The notes under the pieces: model-generated
What the model saw: only the letters and a program-made list of their open reading frames with translations
What the model was told of the DNA's origin: nothing
Database searches by the model: none
In this document: piece after piece, positions 1-8,634 of the stretch
Layout: each line of letters opens with the position of its first letter
Numbering within the stretch: position 1 is the first letter of the stretch
Program-made: the position numbers and the translations under genes
Source: a virus
DNA: 64,000 bases
Direction: 5' to 3' (one strand)
Virus record (IMG/VR): IMGVR_UViG_3300023240_000010

Positions 1-125
1 TCATGATCATCGATGATTTGATTACACAGTGACAAAGGCACTTTGTTTATACGCTTCTCTAGCGTCTCATCAAGGATAACTCGGCGAAGGTTTGCGGGGG
101 TTTCATTGTAATCATTATATAACAT
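1..125 (-). CDS. hypothetical protein, 5' part (runs off window edge)
   Basis: ATG at 125 after GAGAGA RBS and early promoter; reads MLYNDYNETPANLRRVILDE... Confidence 0.55.
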   Translation of the reverse strand, partial: MLYNDYNETPANLRRVILDETLEKRINKVPLSLCNQIIDDH

Positions 126-154
126 ATTTTATCTCTCTCTCAATTCGTACAACC

Positions 155-229
155 ATTATAACATATTCACACAGGGTGTCAACACTTTTCACATTTTTCT
201 CATGAATAGTGATTATTCATCAGATGAAT
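155..229 (-). promoter_or_regulatory. early sigma70-type promoter with upstream ATGAAT-N7-ATTCAT palindrome
   Basis: TTGACA (182-177), 16 nt, TATAAT (160-155); palindrome 202-220. Confidence 0.85.
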
Positions 230-232
230 CTC

Positions 233-787
233 TTAGTAGTACCATGAACGGTAGTGAGTAGCATCAGCAGTAGTCTTTGAAGCACTTGAGTGACTGTAGG
301 TCTTGAAACCACCGTAGTTGTTTAATCTCTTGGTCATCTCTTCACCTCTAAAATCATTAGGAGTAAGACGAACACGTTCACAATCATAACCTTCAGAATC
401 TTTGACAGTAGAATAACCAATCTTACGAACGATTACAGTAGTCGCACTAGGTTTAGCAACAACTTGGTAAGCATCAACATTGGTTTGCTCATAACCCCAA
501 CTGTCAACGAACAAGTCGCCAACTTTAACATCTGCGGCAAGAGCGACTTTCTTTATCTTCTGAGTGATCTTATATTCTTCTTTCGCTTTCTGATTGGCAA
601 TACGGTTTTCGATGAATTGAGTACATACTAGAATCATACGCTCAACACTTTGGTAACGAGTGTGAAACTCGCTCTTGAAACCTAAACGACTTCGTGGAGC
701 AGGACGGTCACAACGAGCAATATTTCTTTCTTCGTCTAGTACAAGGGTAAGACCCTGTTCTTCGTACATCGCAATTAAATCATTCAT
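233..787 (-). CDS. conserved hypothetical phage protein
   Basis: ORF; start MNDLIAM after GAGAGA RBS; SWGYEQTNVDAYQVV motif typical of phage hypotheticals. Confidence 0.75.
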   Translation of the reverse strand: MNDLIAMYEEQGLTLVLDEERNIARCDRPAPRSRLGFKSEFHTRYQSVERMILVCTQFIENRIANQKAKEEYKITQKIKKVALAADVKVGDLFVDSWGYEQTNVDAYQVVAKPSATTVIVRKIGYSTVKDSEGYDCERVRLTPNDFRGEEMTKRLNNYGGFKTYSHSSASKTTADATHYRSWYY

Positions 788-824
788 AATATATTCTCTC
801 TTCATCTCGATTAACTAAGTACTT

Positions 825-893
825 ATTATATCATATCTGGTGTTCTTGTCTACCTTTCTCTCACTTATTTTTAGAACATTTTGTTATAAGAAC
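825..893 (-). promoter_or_regulatory. early promoter with second upstream motif (TTAGA..TTTTGTTATAAGAAC)
   Basis: TAGACA (852-847) / TATAAT (830-825); motif 871-893 shared with 10996 and 21151. Confidence 0.7.
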
Positions 894-901
894 CTGCATT
901 C

Positions 902-1195
902 TTATGCTGCCCACAGAGAAAGAATATTCTTTGATAGTAACACAAGACCAACACCGTTTACACAAATCAATGCTCTATCTTTCCACATGAACGAGACTGC
1001 TAACCACCCGATTAATCCAATGTATGACAAGGCGAGATCGTAGTACATCAATCCCTCAATTCCTCGTACTGACATTGCAGAGAGAACCATAACAGAGGCA
1101 AACCACTTGACATACCAATCAATAGTATACTTTGGTGTTGCCGACTTGAAGATTCGTTTGGAGTTTTTCAACTCTTCGGGGGTGAACTCTGTCAT
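902..1195 (-). CDS. small membrane protein (DUF6552-like)
   Basis: three hydrophobic segments; IDWYVKW and WKDRALI motifs; paralog of 3892..4314. Confidence 0.65.
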   Translation of the reverse strand: MTEFTPEELKNSKRIFKSATPKYTIDWYVKWFASVMVLSAMSVRGIEGLMYYDLALSYIGLIGWLAVSFMWKDRALICVNGVGLVLLSKNILSLWAA

Positions 1196-1198
1196 TAT

Positions 1199-1357
1199 TT
1201 AATACTCTTCATTAAGTTTATATGCACTGTAGACTGCGGCGATTGAACCAATCACACCAAACACTATAGCAGTACTGAGTGGCATACTGTCAGTCTCGAT
1301 TGCACCAACAGCACCCATCATCATCAAACTACCTAATACAAGATTCAGTTTATTCAT
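1199..1357 (-). CDS. small membrane protein (~52 aa, not in ORF track)
   Basis: MNKLNLVLGSLMMMGAVGAIETDSMPLSTAIVFGVIGSIAAVYSAYKLNEEY fills gap, start overlaps upstream stop. Confidence 0.55.
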   Translation of the reverse strand: MNKLNLVLGSLMMMGAVGAIETDSMPLSTAIVFGVIGSIAAVYSAYKLNEEY

Positions 1358-1569
1358 TCTTCATCAAACTCCTCAGGATCTTGAATCACTTGAAACAGAA
1401 TATCCGCTGTAATTCCAATTGTCTTTAGATATGACTCCATATCCTCGGCCTCTTCGCGATCGGCAAACACCATCACATTAGGACGTCCATCCTCTTCATC
1501 GATGTACGCTACTGTCCAAAGCGCATCACCATATTCGACTTTGCCGAACATATCTGAATAATCACTCAT
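1354..1569 (-). CDS. hypothetical acidic protein
   Basis: ORF with AGGTGA RBS. Confidence 0.65.
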   Translation of the reverse strand: MSDYSDMFGKVEYGDALWTVAYIDEEDGRPNVMVFADREEAEDMESYLKTIGITADILFQVIQDPEEFDEE

Positions 1570-1611
1570 ATTATTTCACCTGTATCATGTAAGCGGGTTT
1601 ATTCATCATAA

Positions 1612-1881
1612 TTATACCGCATTGTGAGTAAATCGTGGAAGCAGTCGAAATGGTGCTTGAAAATTCAGTGATTGGTGTTTGATAAGAGGTTCTTCGATTC
1701 CTCTCTCGTCAAGAGCATCAAAGAACAACTGAGCATCACAATCACATTCTAACCAGACTGAAGTCCCGTTAAAGAAGGAGTACTCAGAGATTTTGTTCAT
1801 GAAACCAAGGTTCTCTACAACACTAGCAGGAACTTTGAGGTAAGAATGACTTGGGTCAGATATATAAGTAATTGCTTTCAT
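1612..1881 (-). CDS. conserved hypothetical phage protein
   Basis: DPSHSYLKV...WLECDCDA motif. Confidence 0.7.
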   Translation of the reverse strand: MKAITYISDPSHSYLKVPASVVENLGFMNKISEYSFFNGTSVWLECDCDAQLFFDALDERGIEEPLIKHQSLNFQAPFRLLPRFTHNAV

Positions 1882-2141
1882 TGTTTATCTCCGTAATCTC
1901 CGTAAAATTCTTGGGCAAATCGCATCCATACTTGATCAGTGTTAGGTTCAGTTTGGTAAAGGAAAGAGAAAATGTTGTCAGTCTCTTGTGAGGTATTAGT
2001 GGCATCAACGACGATCATATCAACGTCATCATTGTCATACCAATCTAACTTAGAAGTGAACACATCTGCTACACGATTGAAGTAGAACACGGTAGTATCA
2101 ATCGTCTTGGCATAGTTGAATATTCTGTCTTTCATAATCAT
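1878..2141 (-). CDS. hypothetical protein
   Basis: ORF directly downstream of early promoter. Confidence 0.65.
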   Translation of the reverse strand: MIMKDRIFNYAKTIDTTVFYFNRVADVFTSKLDWYDNDDVDMIVVDATNTSQETDNIFSFLYQTEPNTDQVWMRFAQEFYGDYGDKQ

Positions 2142-2159
2142 CTTCTCTTTATCACTGAA

Positions 2160-2244
2160 TAGGGTACTATTATCTCATGAAATGACAACATAGTCAACAC
2201 TTTTGCCATTTATTTGATGAATACTCATCATTCATCTGATGAAT
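2160..2244 (-). promoter_or_regulatory. early promoter cassette with ATGAAT-N7-ATTCAT palindrome
   Basis: TTGACT (2197-2192), 17 nt, GATAAT (2174-2169); palindrome 2217-2235. Confidence 0.85.
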
Positions 2245-2245
2245 C

Positions 2246-2575
2246 TTACTCAACTCTATCGTGAACTGCAACCGCACCGTAGAACGAACCACCAAGTAAC
2301 TCGTCACAGAGTCTTGAGAACCTTGAGTCAGAACAACCCGCATAGTTCCCACCGAACATCGTCATGTTGTTACCCAACTTTGAAGTCGGAATCAGTCTCA
2401 GGATTTTTTTACCGCCGATGGGTTCTGCCATCACTAGTGTTGCGGACGGGTAGTCGTCACACGGTTCGGATGGTCCTTCTGCATTTACCACAGTGAAACC
2501 TTTTGCGTAACTTGACTCGCCACCTGAGGTGCAGTCGTAATTACCATGCTTATAAATGTTTACGTGAATTCCCAT
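2246..2575 (-). CDS. conserved hypothetical phage protein
   Basis: start MGIHVNIY after GGAGA RBS; DCTSGG...MFGGNYAGCSDSRF...VHDRVE motif. Confidence 0.75.
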   Translation of the reverse strand: MGIHVNIYKHGNYDCTSGGESSYAKGFTVVNAEGPSEPCDDYPSATLVMAEPIGGKKILRLIPTSKLGNNMTMFGGNYAGCSDSRFSRLCDELLGGSFYGAVAVHDRVE

Positions 2576-2600
2576 AATATATCTCCAATAATTTAAGTAG

Positions 2601-2864
2601 TTACGCTGCCTTCTTAATTTCTTCGAAACCTTTTGCTTCAAGGATGAAACGAACTCGCTCACGATCAAGAGAGTCACCGTCACCCCACTCTTCGAATCGA
2701 TCAGGATTGACACAAATATTGAGATAATCGACAATAGCGATCTCAATGTCGGGGATACCACACCCAAGGTCATAGAGACCCTCCTTACCATAGAAAGAGT
2801 GAACATAATCGCGGAAGTCAGCGAGTTGTGGATTCTTAGATAATGCGAAGAAGTTAGTAATCAT
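2601..2864 (-). CDS. hypothetical protein
   Basis: FYGKEGLY...GDSLDRERVR; first gene after promoter. Confidence 0.7.
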   Translation of the reverse strand: MITNFFALSKNPQLADFRDYVHSFYGKEGLYDLGCGIPDIEIAIVDYLNICVNPDRFEEWGDGDSLDRERVRFILEAKGFEEIKKAA

Positions 2865-2958
2865 AATATGTCTCTCTGTCTAATGAGGTACTATTATACC
2901 ATAACTGGAGATGGTGTCAACACTTTTGCCATTTATTTGATGAATACTCAACATTCAT
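2861..2958 (-). promoter_or_regulatory. early promoter cassette with ATGAAT-N7-ATTCAT palindrome
   Basis: TTGACA (2920-2915) / TATAAT (2898-2893); palindrome 2940-2958. Confidence 0.85.
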
Positions 2959-2963
2959 GGAAC

Positions 2964-3320
2964 TTATGACGATGGGTATTTCCACCAGACGAATGTCGCG
3001 ACTAGTGCCATAGTAATACCGGCATAGATTACTGCTTTGATATTAGGTACAGTGTAGTACATAATAATGAGGGAAGATGACATCATAACGACCATGCCGA
3101 TCTTTGCTTTGACAGGGAATATCTTCTTCTCTTTCCAGTTGGTAAGAAACTCACCGAACCAGGGATGATTATATAACCACTTCTCCATTCGAGGACTAGA
3201 CTTCGAGAAGCAATAGACTGCACCCAACAGAAAGTGACTGAATGGAATTCCAGGTGTGATGAAACCAACATATGCTAATACAACACACAACCAACCTAAA
3301 CCCATCCAGAAGTATTTCAT
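2964..3320 (-). CDS. ybaN: YbaN/DUF454 family inner-membrane protein
   Basis: LGWLCVVLAYVG..PGIP...F...A.YCFSKSSPR...WL.NHPWFG signature. Confidence 0.85.
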   Translation of the reverse strand: MKYFWMGLGWLCVVLAYVGFITPGIPFSHFLLGAVYCFSKSSPRMEKWLYNHPWFGEFLTNWKEKKIFPVKAKIGMVVMMSSSLIIMYYTVPNIKAVIYAGITMALVATFVWWKYPSS

Positions 3321-3574
3321 TTGTATTTTATTCCTAATTGTTTTAAAAAGATTCTTTTAAATAGCGAAGGTTTCTCGTCATCATTAACTACTACATTATT
3401 GAGGTTAACGGTATAGTTCATAGAGGTAGCATAAGTCTCATCGATGAAGCATAAACCACCACCATTGATCGATGTTAAAGAATTTGAGTAATCTGGTTGC
3501 GGTTGTTCTTGAGTAACATCTAAACACAGTTGATCAGGGAATTTGTCGTAAAATCTAAACTGTTGTTGTATCAT
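3317..3574 (-). CDS. hypothetical protein
   Basis: ORF coupled between iscA and ybaN; start uncertain. Confidence 0.5.
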   Translation of the reverse strand: MIQQQFRFYDKFPDQLCLDVTQEQPQPDYSNSLTSINGGGLCFIDETYATSMNYTVNLNNVVVNDDEKPSLFKRIFLKQLGIKYK

Positions 3575-3890
3575 AATAAAAACTCTCTCCACATCCACAT
3601 TCGCCAGTTACATTAGGGTTGACGAACTGAAACCCTTCATTGAATCCTTCGACAGTATACTCCAATCTTGTTCCTTGTAGAAACAATATACTTTTGGGAT
3701 CAACCACTAAAGAAACTTCCTCTAGTGGAATAATTATATCATCATCGTTTCTTACATAAGAGTATTCCATCTCATAGGCGTATCCACTACAACCTGCTTT
3801 GTTTACTTTTACTCGAATATCACAATCGGTACGTCCCTCAAGACGTTTACGCAATACATCTAGTGCATCGGGTGTTGATGTTATTGACAT
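3555..3890 (-). CDS. iscA: iron-sulfur cluster assembly accessory protein (IscA/HesB family)
   Basis: GCSGYAY motif, VDPKS..FL.GT.L.Y, C-terminal NPN...CGCGESF. Confidence 0.92.
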   Translation of the reverse strand: MSITSTPDALDVLRKRLEGRTDCDIRVKVNKAGCSGYAYEMEYSYVRNDDDIIIPLEEVSLVVDPKSILFLQGTRLEYTVEGFNEGFQFVNPNVTGECGCGESFYYDTTTV

Positions 3891-3891
3891 G

Positions 3892-4314
3892 TTAAACTTG
3901 CTCCACTAAAACTTCTACTAAGGACATTAAGACCGCAGTGCCGCTTATAGCACTACCAATCATAATCGCTTTGTCATTCCAACAATGACCCACATACACC
4001 CAACAAGTCGCGGCAGATGCATAACATATCTGACCTGCTGTGCCAAACCCTGCACTCATAATGAATACTCCAACCACACCAAGTATAGTTGCTACCCACT
4101 TGACATAACTATCAACGGTTCCTGTAGGAGTTGCAGGTTTTAAATCCTCGACTTCTGATTGAAGTACTTCTAACTCTTCCTTAAGTCTTTTACGCTCGAC
4201 ATTAAGTTCCATTGCAAGTCTACCTGCTTTAGACATTGTACTGCCAGAGAACTCCGCTTGAACTTCAGGACTAAGTTGACCCTCGACTCTTGCAACTCGT
4301 TCATCTTCGTTCAA
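3892..4314 (-). CDS. membrane protein (DUF6552-like) with N-terminal coiled coil
   Basis: VDSYVKWVAT...WNDKAIM; paralog of 902..1195. Confidence 0.6.
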   Translation of the reverse strand: MNEDERVARVEGQLSPEVQAEFSGSTMSKAGRLAMELNVERKRLKEELEVLQSEVEDLKPATPTGTVDSYVKWVATILGVVGVFIMSAGFGTAGQICYASAATCWVYVGHCWNDKAIMIGSAISGTAVLMSLVEVLVEQV

Positions 4315-4505
4315 TCTTCAACTCCGAAATGTTCTCTAACCGCATTACCCGCAGAGCGATAGTAATCATAGTCACTTGCCACGGCAGAACATTCCTGTAT
4401 AATCAACTTAGCGAATTCCGCAGATTGTCGAGTAGGCATATCACAACCACAACTGCACATTTCTAATCCAGACTGTAAAGCAAGTTCTTTTATTCGTTCG
4501 TTCAT
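4311..4505 (-). CDS. hypothetical protein
   Basis: MNERIKELA...FAKLIIQEC...EHFGVE, a common phage hypothetical pattern. Confidence 0.65.
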   Translation of the reverse strand: MNERIKELALQSGLEMCSCGCDMPTRQSAEFAKLIIQECSAVASDYDYYRSAGNAVREHFGVED

Positions 4506-4804
4506 AATCCTATTAATCCTAATCCATGATTTGCTATTGCATTTAGTATTATAGTAACACAAGTTACCATGTGAGTCAACCACCATAGTGTACGAATACT
4601 AGCAACAGTGTTTGCTTGCTTGTCTGTCTCACCGACTTTCTCACCTAGACTCTTTGCCCAGATTCTCCACCATTTGCTCAAGTTCTTTTACTCTCTCTTC
4701 TAATTGATTGATGTATTCTTCTACTATCTCTCTCTCGCAGAGAGTCTTACAACAAATAGAGATGTGTTGCTTTGCTCTTACTTCCAAACTTTTCTCACCA
4801 CGTC

Positions 4805-5134
4805 TCATAGTAGTTTACTCCAATCAGTATCTTCGGGCATCATTTGTACTTGCCCTTCGAATTGCTGTTGTTCTCTTAACTGATTATAGATACCTGCGTT
4901 ATTCATACGCAAACCATAACCTTCTTTGCTACATCTGTAGAGTGACCCGCTTTCACCATGAAAATGAATTTCATCTTCACGATCAAACACAAGAGTAATA
5001 CCACTGTTAATTCGCCAACTGTCACCACCTAAGTAACCACCACTCCATCCTCCTAATACTTTGTAGAAAGGGAATGTGCCTTTGCCTTCTTTGATCTTTA
5101 GTACTACCCAGTTGTCTGGCGTATATTCACTCAT
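4805..5134 (-). CDS. conserved hypothetical phage protein
   Basis: YTPDNWVVLK...YKVLGGWSGGYLGGDSWRINSGI...G.SGS.Y.C motif seen in T4-like phages. Confidence 0.8.
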   Translation of the reverse strand: MSEYTPDNWVVLKIKEGKGTFPFYKVLGGWSGGYLGGDSWRINSGITLVFDREDEIHFHGESGSLYRCSKEGYGLRMNNAGIYNQLREQQQFEGQVQMMPEDTDWSKLL

Positions 5135-5502
5135 TTCGACTCCAACCATTTTATTTTATGACCTGATTTTGTTTCGAAGTGATTAATCAAATCATCGTAT
5201 GACATTAAATCACTAGACTCATAGTCATAAAGAAAATCAGATAATATATTCCAAGATTCAGTCTCCATAACACCTAGACCATACTCACATCCACCATCGT
5301 AATATTCTTGCTCATCGAGACCACGAATATCAATACGTCCACAAGCATATGTAATACTTGGTGTTCTTGAAATGTAGGTTTCTCCTGCCTTCGATTTCAT
5401 AAAACTACTATATACCCGTTCCTCTTCGATCATTGGGATATTGTTATCTTCGTACCAACGAGTCGTTACTGGACCCATCCAGTTTGTGCTATAACTAATC
5501 AC
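5131..5502 (-). CDS. hypothetical protein
   Basis: likely GTG start (MISYSTNWMGP) overlapping upstream stop. Confidence 0.6.
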   Translation of the reverse strand: MISYSTNWMGPVTTRWYEDNNIPMIEEERVYSSFMKSKAGETYISRTPSITYACGRIDIRGLDEQEYYDGGCEYGLGVMETESWNILSDFLYDYESSDLMSYDDLINHFETKSGHKIKWLESK

Positions 5503-6457
5503 CGTAGTACTCCATGTACCACTCGTAGAATTTAGCAACACCTTCTTCAACATCAACCTTCGGAGCATATCCTAGTTTAGCAAGTTTCGTTGTATCTGAC
5601 CATGTTTCAAGAGCATCAGCAGGATGTGGAGCGCGAAGGTCTTGTAATGATTTCTTGCCCGTACACTTCACAATCTCATTGATGAAGTCTATTAGACCCA
5701 CCTGCTTTCCATTACCAATATTGAATATCTCGCCAGATTCAATCTTATCATTCTCAATCACTATCTCAATGCCGTCAAGTATATCATCAACGTAGGTGAA
5801 GTCTCTCTTCATGTTACCCCAGTTATACACCGTGATACGTTCACCCGCTAGAATCTTCTTGGTGAAATCGAACAGTGCCATGTCAGGTCTGCCCCACGGT
5901 CCATAGACTGTGAAGAATCTCAGTCCAACATTATTCAGACCGCTGATCTTGAACATACATTCGTTAGCATACTTGCTGTATGAATACGCATTCAACTGGT
6001 GCGCTTGAACATTGTCCTCTTTCCAAGGAAGTTCTTTAGTGCTACTGTACACGCTAGACGTAGACGCATAGATCACCCGAATGTCGGGTAAATATGTCTG
6101 AAGCAATTCAATGATATTTTGTGTACCGTCAATGTTGTTCTTGTGATATTCACTTTCTTTACCAAACGAATCGCGCACCCCCGCCATAGCACCGAGATGA
6201 ATAACCTGGTCAGGCATAAAGTCAACAAAAGTTTTACGAAGATGACGAATGTCTCCTGATGCGAAATCACAATTAGTAACAGGAATCTTTAGTGCCTTTA
6301 CTCGATCATATTTAAAGGATGCATCGTACAAGTGGGAGTTGAAGTTGTCGATACCTAACGCTTCGTAACCCTTAGCATTCAATCGAGCGACCAGTTGTGA
6401 CCCAATGAAACCGGCACCGCCAGTTACGAGTATTTTATTTCCCTTTGAAGTAGTCAT
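5495..6457 (-). CDS. NAD-dependent epimerase/dehydratase, UDP-glucuronate 4-epimerase-like
   Basis: TGGAGFIG, ASTSSVY, YSYSK (YxxxK), LRFFTVYGPWGRPDMA, RDFTYVDD. Confidence 0.92.
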   Translation of the reverse strand: MTTSKGNKILVTGGAGFIGSQLVARLNAKGYEALGIDNFNSHLYDASFKYDRVKALKIPVTNCDFASGDIRHLRKTFVDFMPDQVIHLGAMAGVRDSFGKESEYHKNNIDGTQNIIELLQTYLPDIRVIYASTSSVYSSTKELPWKEDNVQAHQLNAYSYSKYANECMFKISGLNNVGLRFFTVYGPWGRPDMALFDFTKKILAGERITVYNWGNMKRDFTYVDDILDGIEIVIENDKIESGEIFNIGNGKQVGLIDFINEIVKCTGKKSLQDLRAPHPADALETWSDTTKLAKLGYAPKVDVEEGVAKFYEWYMEYYGD

Positions 6458-6650
6458 ACATATCCCATATAGCGTGGAGAGTTAGCATAACGCCCAGAAA
6501 AATCATGAATGGAGTTTCAGCAATTATCAAGACTGCGAACGCAAGAAATGCACCGAAGAAGTGTTTAAGAACTCGCGCATTCTCAAGAGTCTGAAACGCC
6601 TTAATCTTCTGAACAGCGGTGTTGTAAATTATTTTAAAAGTTTCTTTCAT
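6435..6650 (-). CDS. small membrane protein
   Basis: two hydrophobic segments; coupled ORF. Confidence 0.6.
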   Translation of the reverse strand: MKETFKIIYNTAVQKIKAFQTLENARVLKHFFGAFLAFAVLIIAETPFMIFLGVMLTLHAIWDMYDYFKGK

Positions 6651-7087
6651 TTGTTTGTACCTGTAGTATTAAATCTCATGTAGTGCAATCTCTCACCACC
6701 TTCTTGCAACCACGACTCGTTGAGTGTGATGATCGGATCATTGTTAGAATTATGTTTCACCGTAGTTCTCTCTGCATGGAAGTCTTCACCGACAAGATTT
6801 AAGCGAATAGGAGTTTCCCAACCCTCTATCCACTTACTAGTGTCGTAATCATCATCTACTAATTGTTGCTGTAGAATATGCGTAGAGAAGTAATCGTCCG
6901 AAGACTCGATTGCTGTCTCTGCTAACTGCCAGAACGCCTCATCACGTCCCTGCGCAACAGTTACGTTCTCTATGATGTATGTATTACCGCCCTTATTCTT
7001 CCAATACTGAGGACACTCGGTAGTAGAATCGACCCAATCATGAGCGCCATAGTTCTCTCTATCTTGACACATCATTAAAATTTTCAT
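6647..7087 (-). CDS. conserved hypothetical phage protein
   Basis: Q.RENYGAHDW....CPQYWKNKGG motif. Confidence 0.75.
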   Translation of the reverse strand: MKILMMCQDRENYGAHDWVDSTTECPQYWKNKGGNTYIIENVTVAQGRDEAFWQLAETAIESSDDYFSTHILQQQLVDDDYDTSKWIEGWETPIRLNLVGEDFHAERTTVKHNSNNDPIITLNESWLQEGGERLHYMRFNTTGTNK

Positions 7088-7380
7088 GCTTTCTTCCTCG
7101 CTTTAAAACCTTTGACTTCCATCGCTTGCATCGGACTAGTTTGTTTACTTAGTTCAATGTACTCTTCGATGGTGAAGTTCTTAACTAGGAAGTTAACCCA
7201 CGACTTCCAAGGTTTGCTACCATACTTGAATCGTGCAACAAAAGTACGTTCGGGCATACCGTACCAAGATGGGTGACAGTCAGGAGACACTTGCTCCATA
7301 GTGCGAGAACCTTCGAACGCGCCTTGATACATCAAGTACATGCCGTCCCAAGTGAAGTTTTCTTTAGTAAATGCAGTCAT
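7084..7380 (-). CDS. conserved hypothetical phage protein
   Basis: FVARFKYG...FLVKNFTIEEY motif; first gene after promoter. Confidence 0.75.
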   Translation of the reverse strand: MTAFTKENFTWDGMYLMYQGAFEGSRTMEQVSPDCHPSWYGMPERTFVARFKYGSKPWKSWVNFLVKNFTIEEYIELSKQTSPMQAMEVKGFKARKKA

Positions 7381-7401
7381 AACATATCTCTCTCATCTGA
7401 T

Positions 7402-7478
7402 TAGGGTACTATTATCTCATGAAATGACAACATAGTCAACCTAATTAGCATTTATCTCATGAATACTCACTATTCATG
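7402..7478 (-). promoter_or_regulatory. early promoter cassette with ATGAAT-N7-ATTCAT palindrome
   Basis: TTGACT (7439-7434) / GATAAT (7416-7411); palindrome 7459-7477; 39 bp identical to 2160-2198. Confidence 0.85.
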
Positions 7479-7487
7479 GAAGTTATA

Positions 7488-7841
7488 TCACTCGAAAAAT
7501 GGTAGCAGATCACCATGATGCGATCTTGGTATAAATGGAGTAAGCGAAATTGAATTTGATAAGGCGAGTCGGTCTAGTCTTTTCTGGTGATGCACATGAC
7601 AATGCTTTCTCCAGTTTATAGTGCCGTTCTTTTTCTTTGAGTGATTATGCGCTAACTTGTCACAACCTGCAACTGTACACTCGGGTCTGATTGGATGTGT
7701 TCTATCTCTAATAGGATGCAGGTCTTCGTAATGTTCGTCGCAGAGGTTTCTATACACTTCACCGAAATAACGTACATCAGTATGCTCAGATGTTTGACCG
7801 CAATCTTCTATGCAACATATTGGGGGGTTTCTCATAATCAT
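7488..7841 (-). CDS. Cys/His-rich protein with two putative zinc-finger repeats
   Basis: C-x4-C...C-x2-H twice (CCIEDC..LCDEH; CTVAGC..HCHVH). Confidence 0.6.
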   Translation of the reverse strand: MIMRNPPICCIEDCGQTSEHTDVRYFGEVYRNLCDEHYEDLHPIRDRTHPIRPECTVAGCDKLAHNHSKKKNGTINWRKHCHVHHQKRLDRLALSNSISLTPFIPRSHHGDLLPFFE

Positions 7842-7881
7842 TTACTCAAAAGTTAATATTCATAATAAAAGCGTTAAGTGC

Positions 7882-7910
7882 ATTATACTAGGATTTGGAG
7901 GGGATGTCAA
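7882..7910 (-). promoter_or_regulatory. early promoter
   Basis: TTGACA-17-TATAAT. Confidence 0.75.
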
Positions 7911-8380
7911 GCGTTATTTAGGATGAGTGCAAATATAGCATATGTAATAGTACCTAAGACAGCAATAAGAACACAGTTGATTACATTAGAGACAAATGCT
8001 TTACGTTGTCTAATTTGCTTATACATTGTCTTCTCTCGCTGATCCTTTATCTGTCTACGCATGTCAGTCAATTCTTTATATGCATCACCAGGAAAACAGA
8101 AAGTCAATAGTTCTCGGAGATCTTTTTCTTGTGCTTTGACTTTACGTTCTTGAATGAACATATCCATCGCATCTTTCTCGATACTTGAGGAATAGAATAG
8201 TTTCTTGAATAGAGGAGGATTGTCTGCTTGACGCTTCGCTTCATTGAAGTCAGCAACGGCACCGTACCATTTACCTATCTGACCTAGAGTATCTTCTACT
8301 TCACGTCCAGCGGAAATCATTGCAGTTATTGTTTTGTATGCGGATGTTGCGACTGCCACAGCAGAGATTGGATCGATCAT
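7907..8380 (-). CDS. late-expressed hypothetical protein with C-terminal TM helix
   Basis: MIDPISAVAVA start with AGAGG RBS; C-terminal hydrophobic helix; own late promoter. Confidence 0.75.
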   Translation of the reverse strand: MIDPISAVAVATSAYKTITAMISAGREVEDTLGQIGKWYGAVADFNEAKRQADNPPLFKKLFYSSSIEKDAMDMFIQERKVKAQEKDLRELLTFCFPGDAYKELTDMRRQIKDQREKTMYKQIRQRKAFVSNVINCVLIAVLGTITYAIFALILNNA

Positions 8381-8384
8381 AAAC

Positions 8385-8439
8385 AAACCTCTTTAGTACA
8401 TGCATTAATATCATTACAATATTTATACTAAAGAGGTTT
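8385..8439 (-). promoter_or_regulatory. T4-type late promoter inside RBS-sequestering 14-bp hairpin
   Basis: AAACCTCTTTAGTA (8385-8398) / TACTAAAGAGGTTT (8426-8439); TATAAATA at 8427-8420. Confidence 0.8.
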
Positions 8440-8451
8440 TTCAGAAGTTAA

Positions 8452-8634
8452 TTATACTTTAGATCGCACTTGCCATTGCCATCTTAGAAACCATTTCATT
8501 CGCCGGAAGTACTCTTTCGAATCATAGTCAGGGTATTTTCCGTCATACCCTTCACACTCTTCGCAATGAAGAATCCACTGTTGATAACAAAATGCTCGAA
8601 AAGTTGTGTTAGGCATCTTATGATGCCATCTCAA
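8452..8634 (-). CDS. hypothetical protein
   Basis: short ORF, FRAFCYQQWILHCEEC...EYF..MKWFL pattern. Confidence 0.55.
   Translation of the reverse strand: MRWHHKMPNTTFRAFCYQQWILHCEECEGYDGKYPDYDSKEYFRRMKWFLRWQWQVRSKV

Noticed and set aside
202-220. ATGAAT-N7-ATTCAT as an ArgR, MetR or Fur box, or as an intrinsic terminator
   Set aside because: Arm spacing differs from ARG (TGAAT-N4-ATTCA) and MetR (TGAA-N5-TTCA) boxes and it does not match the Fur consensus; the stem is AT-rich with no U-tract on the coding strand.
2576-2806. N-terminal extension of ORF 2246..2806
   Set aside because: It overlaps the 2601..2864 gene; a good RBS and ATG at 2575 define the real start.
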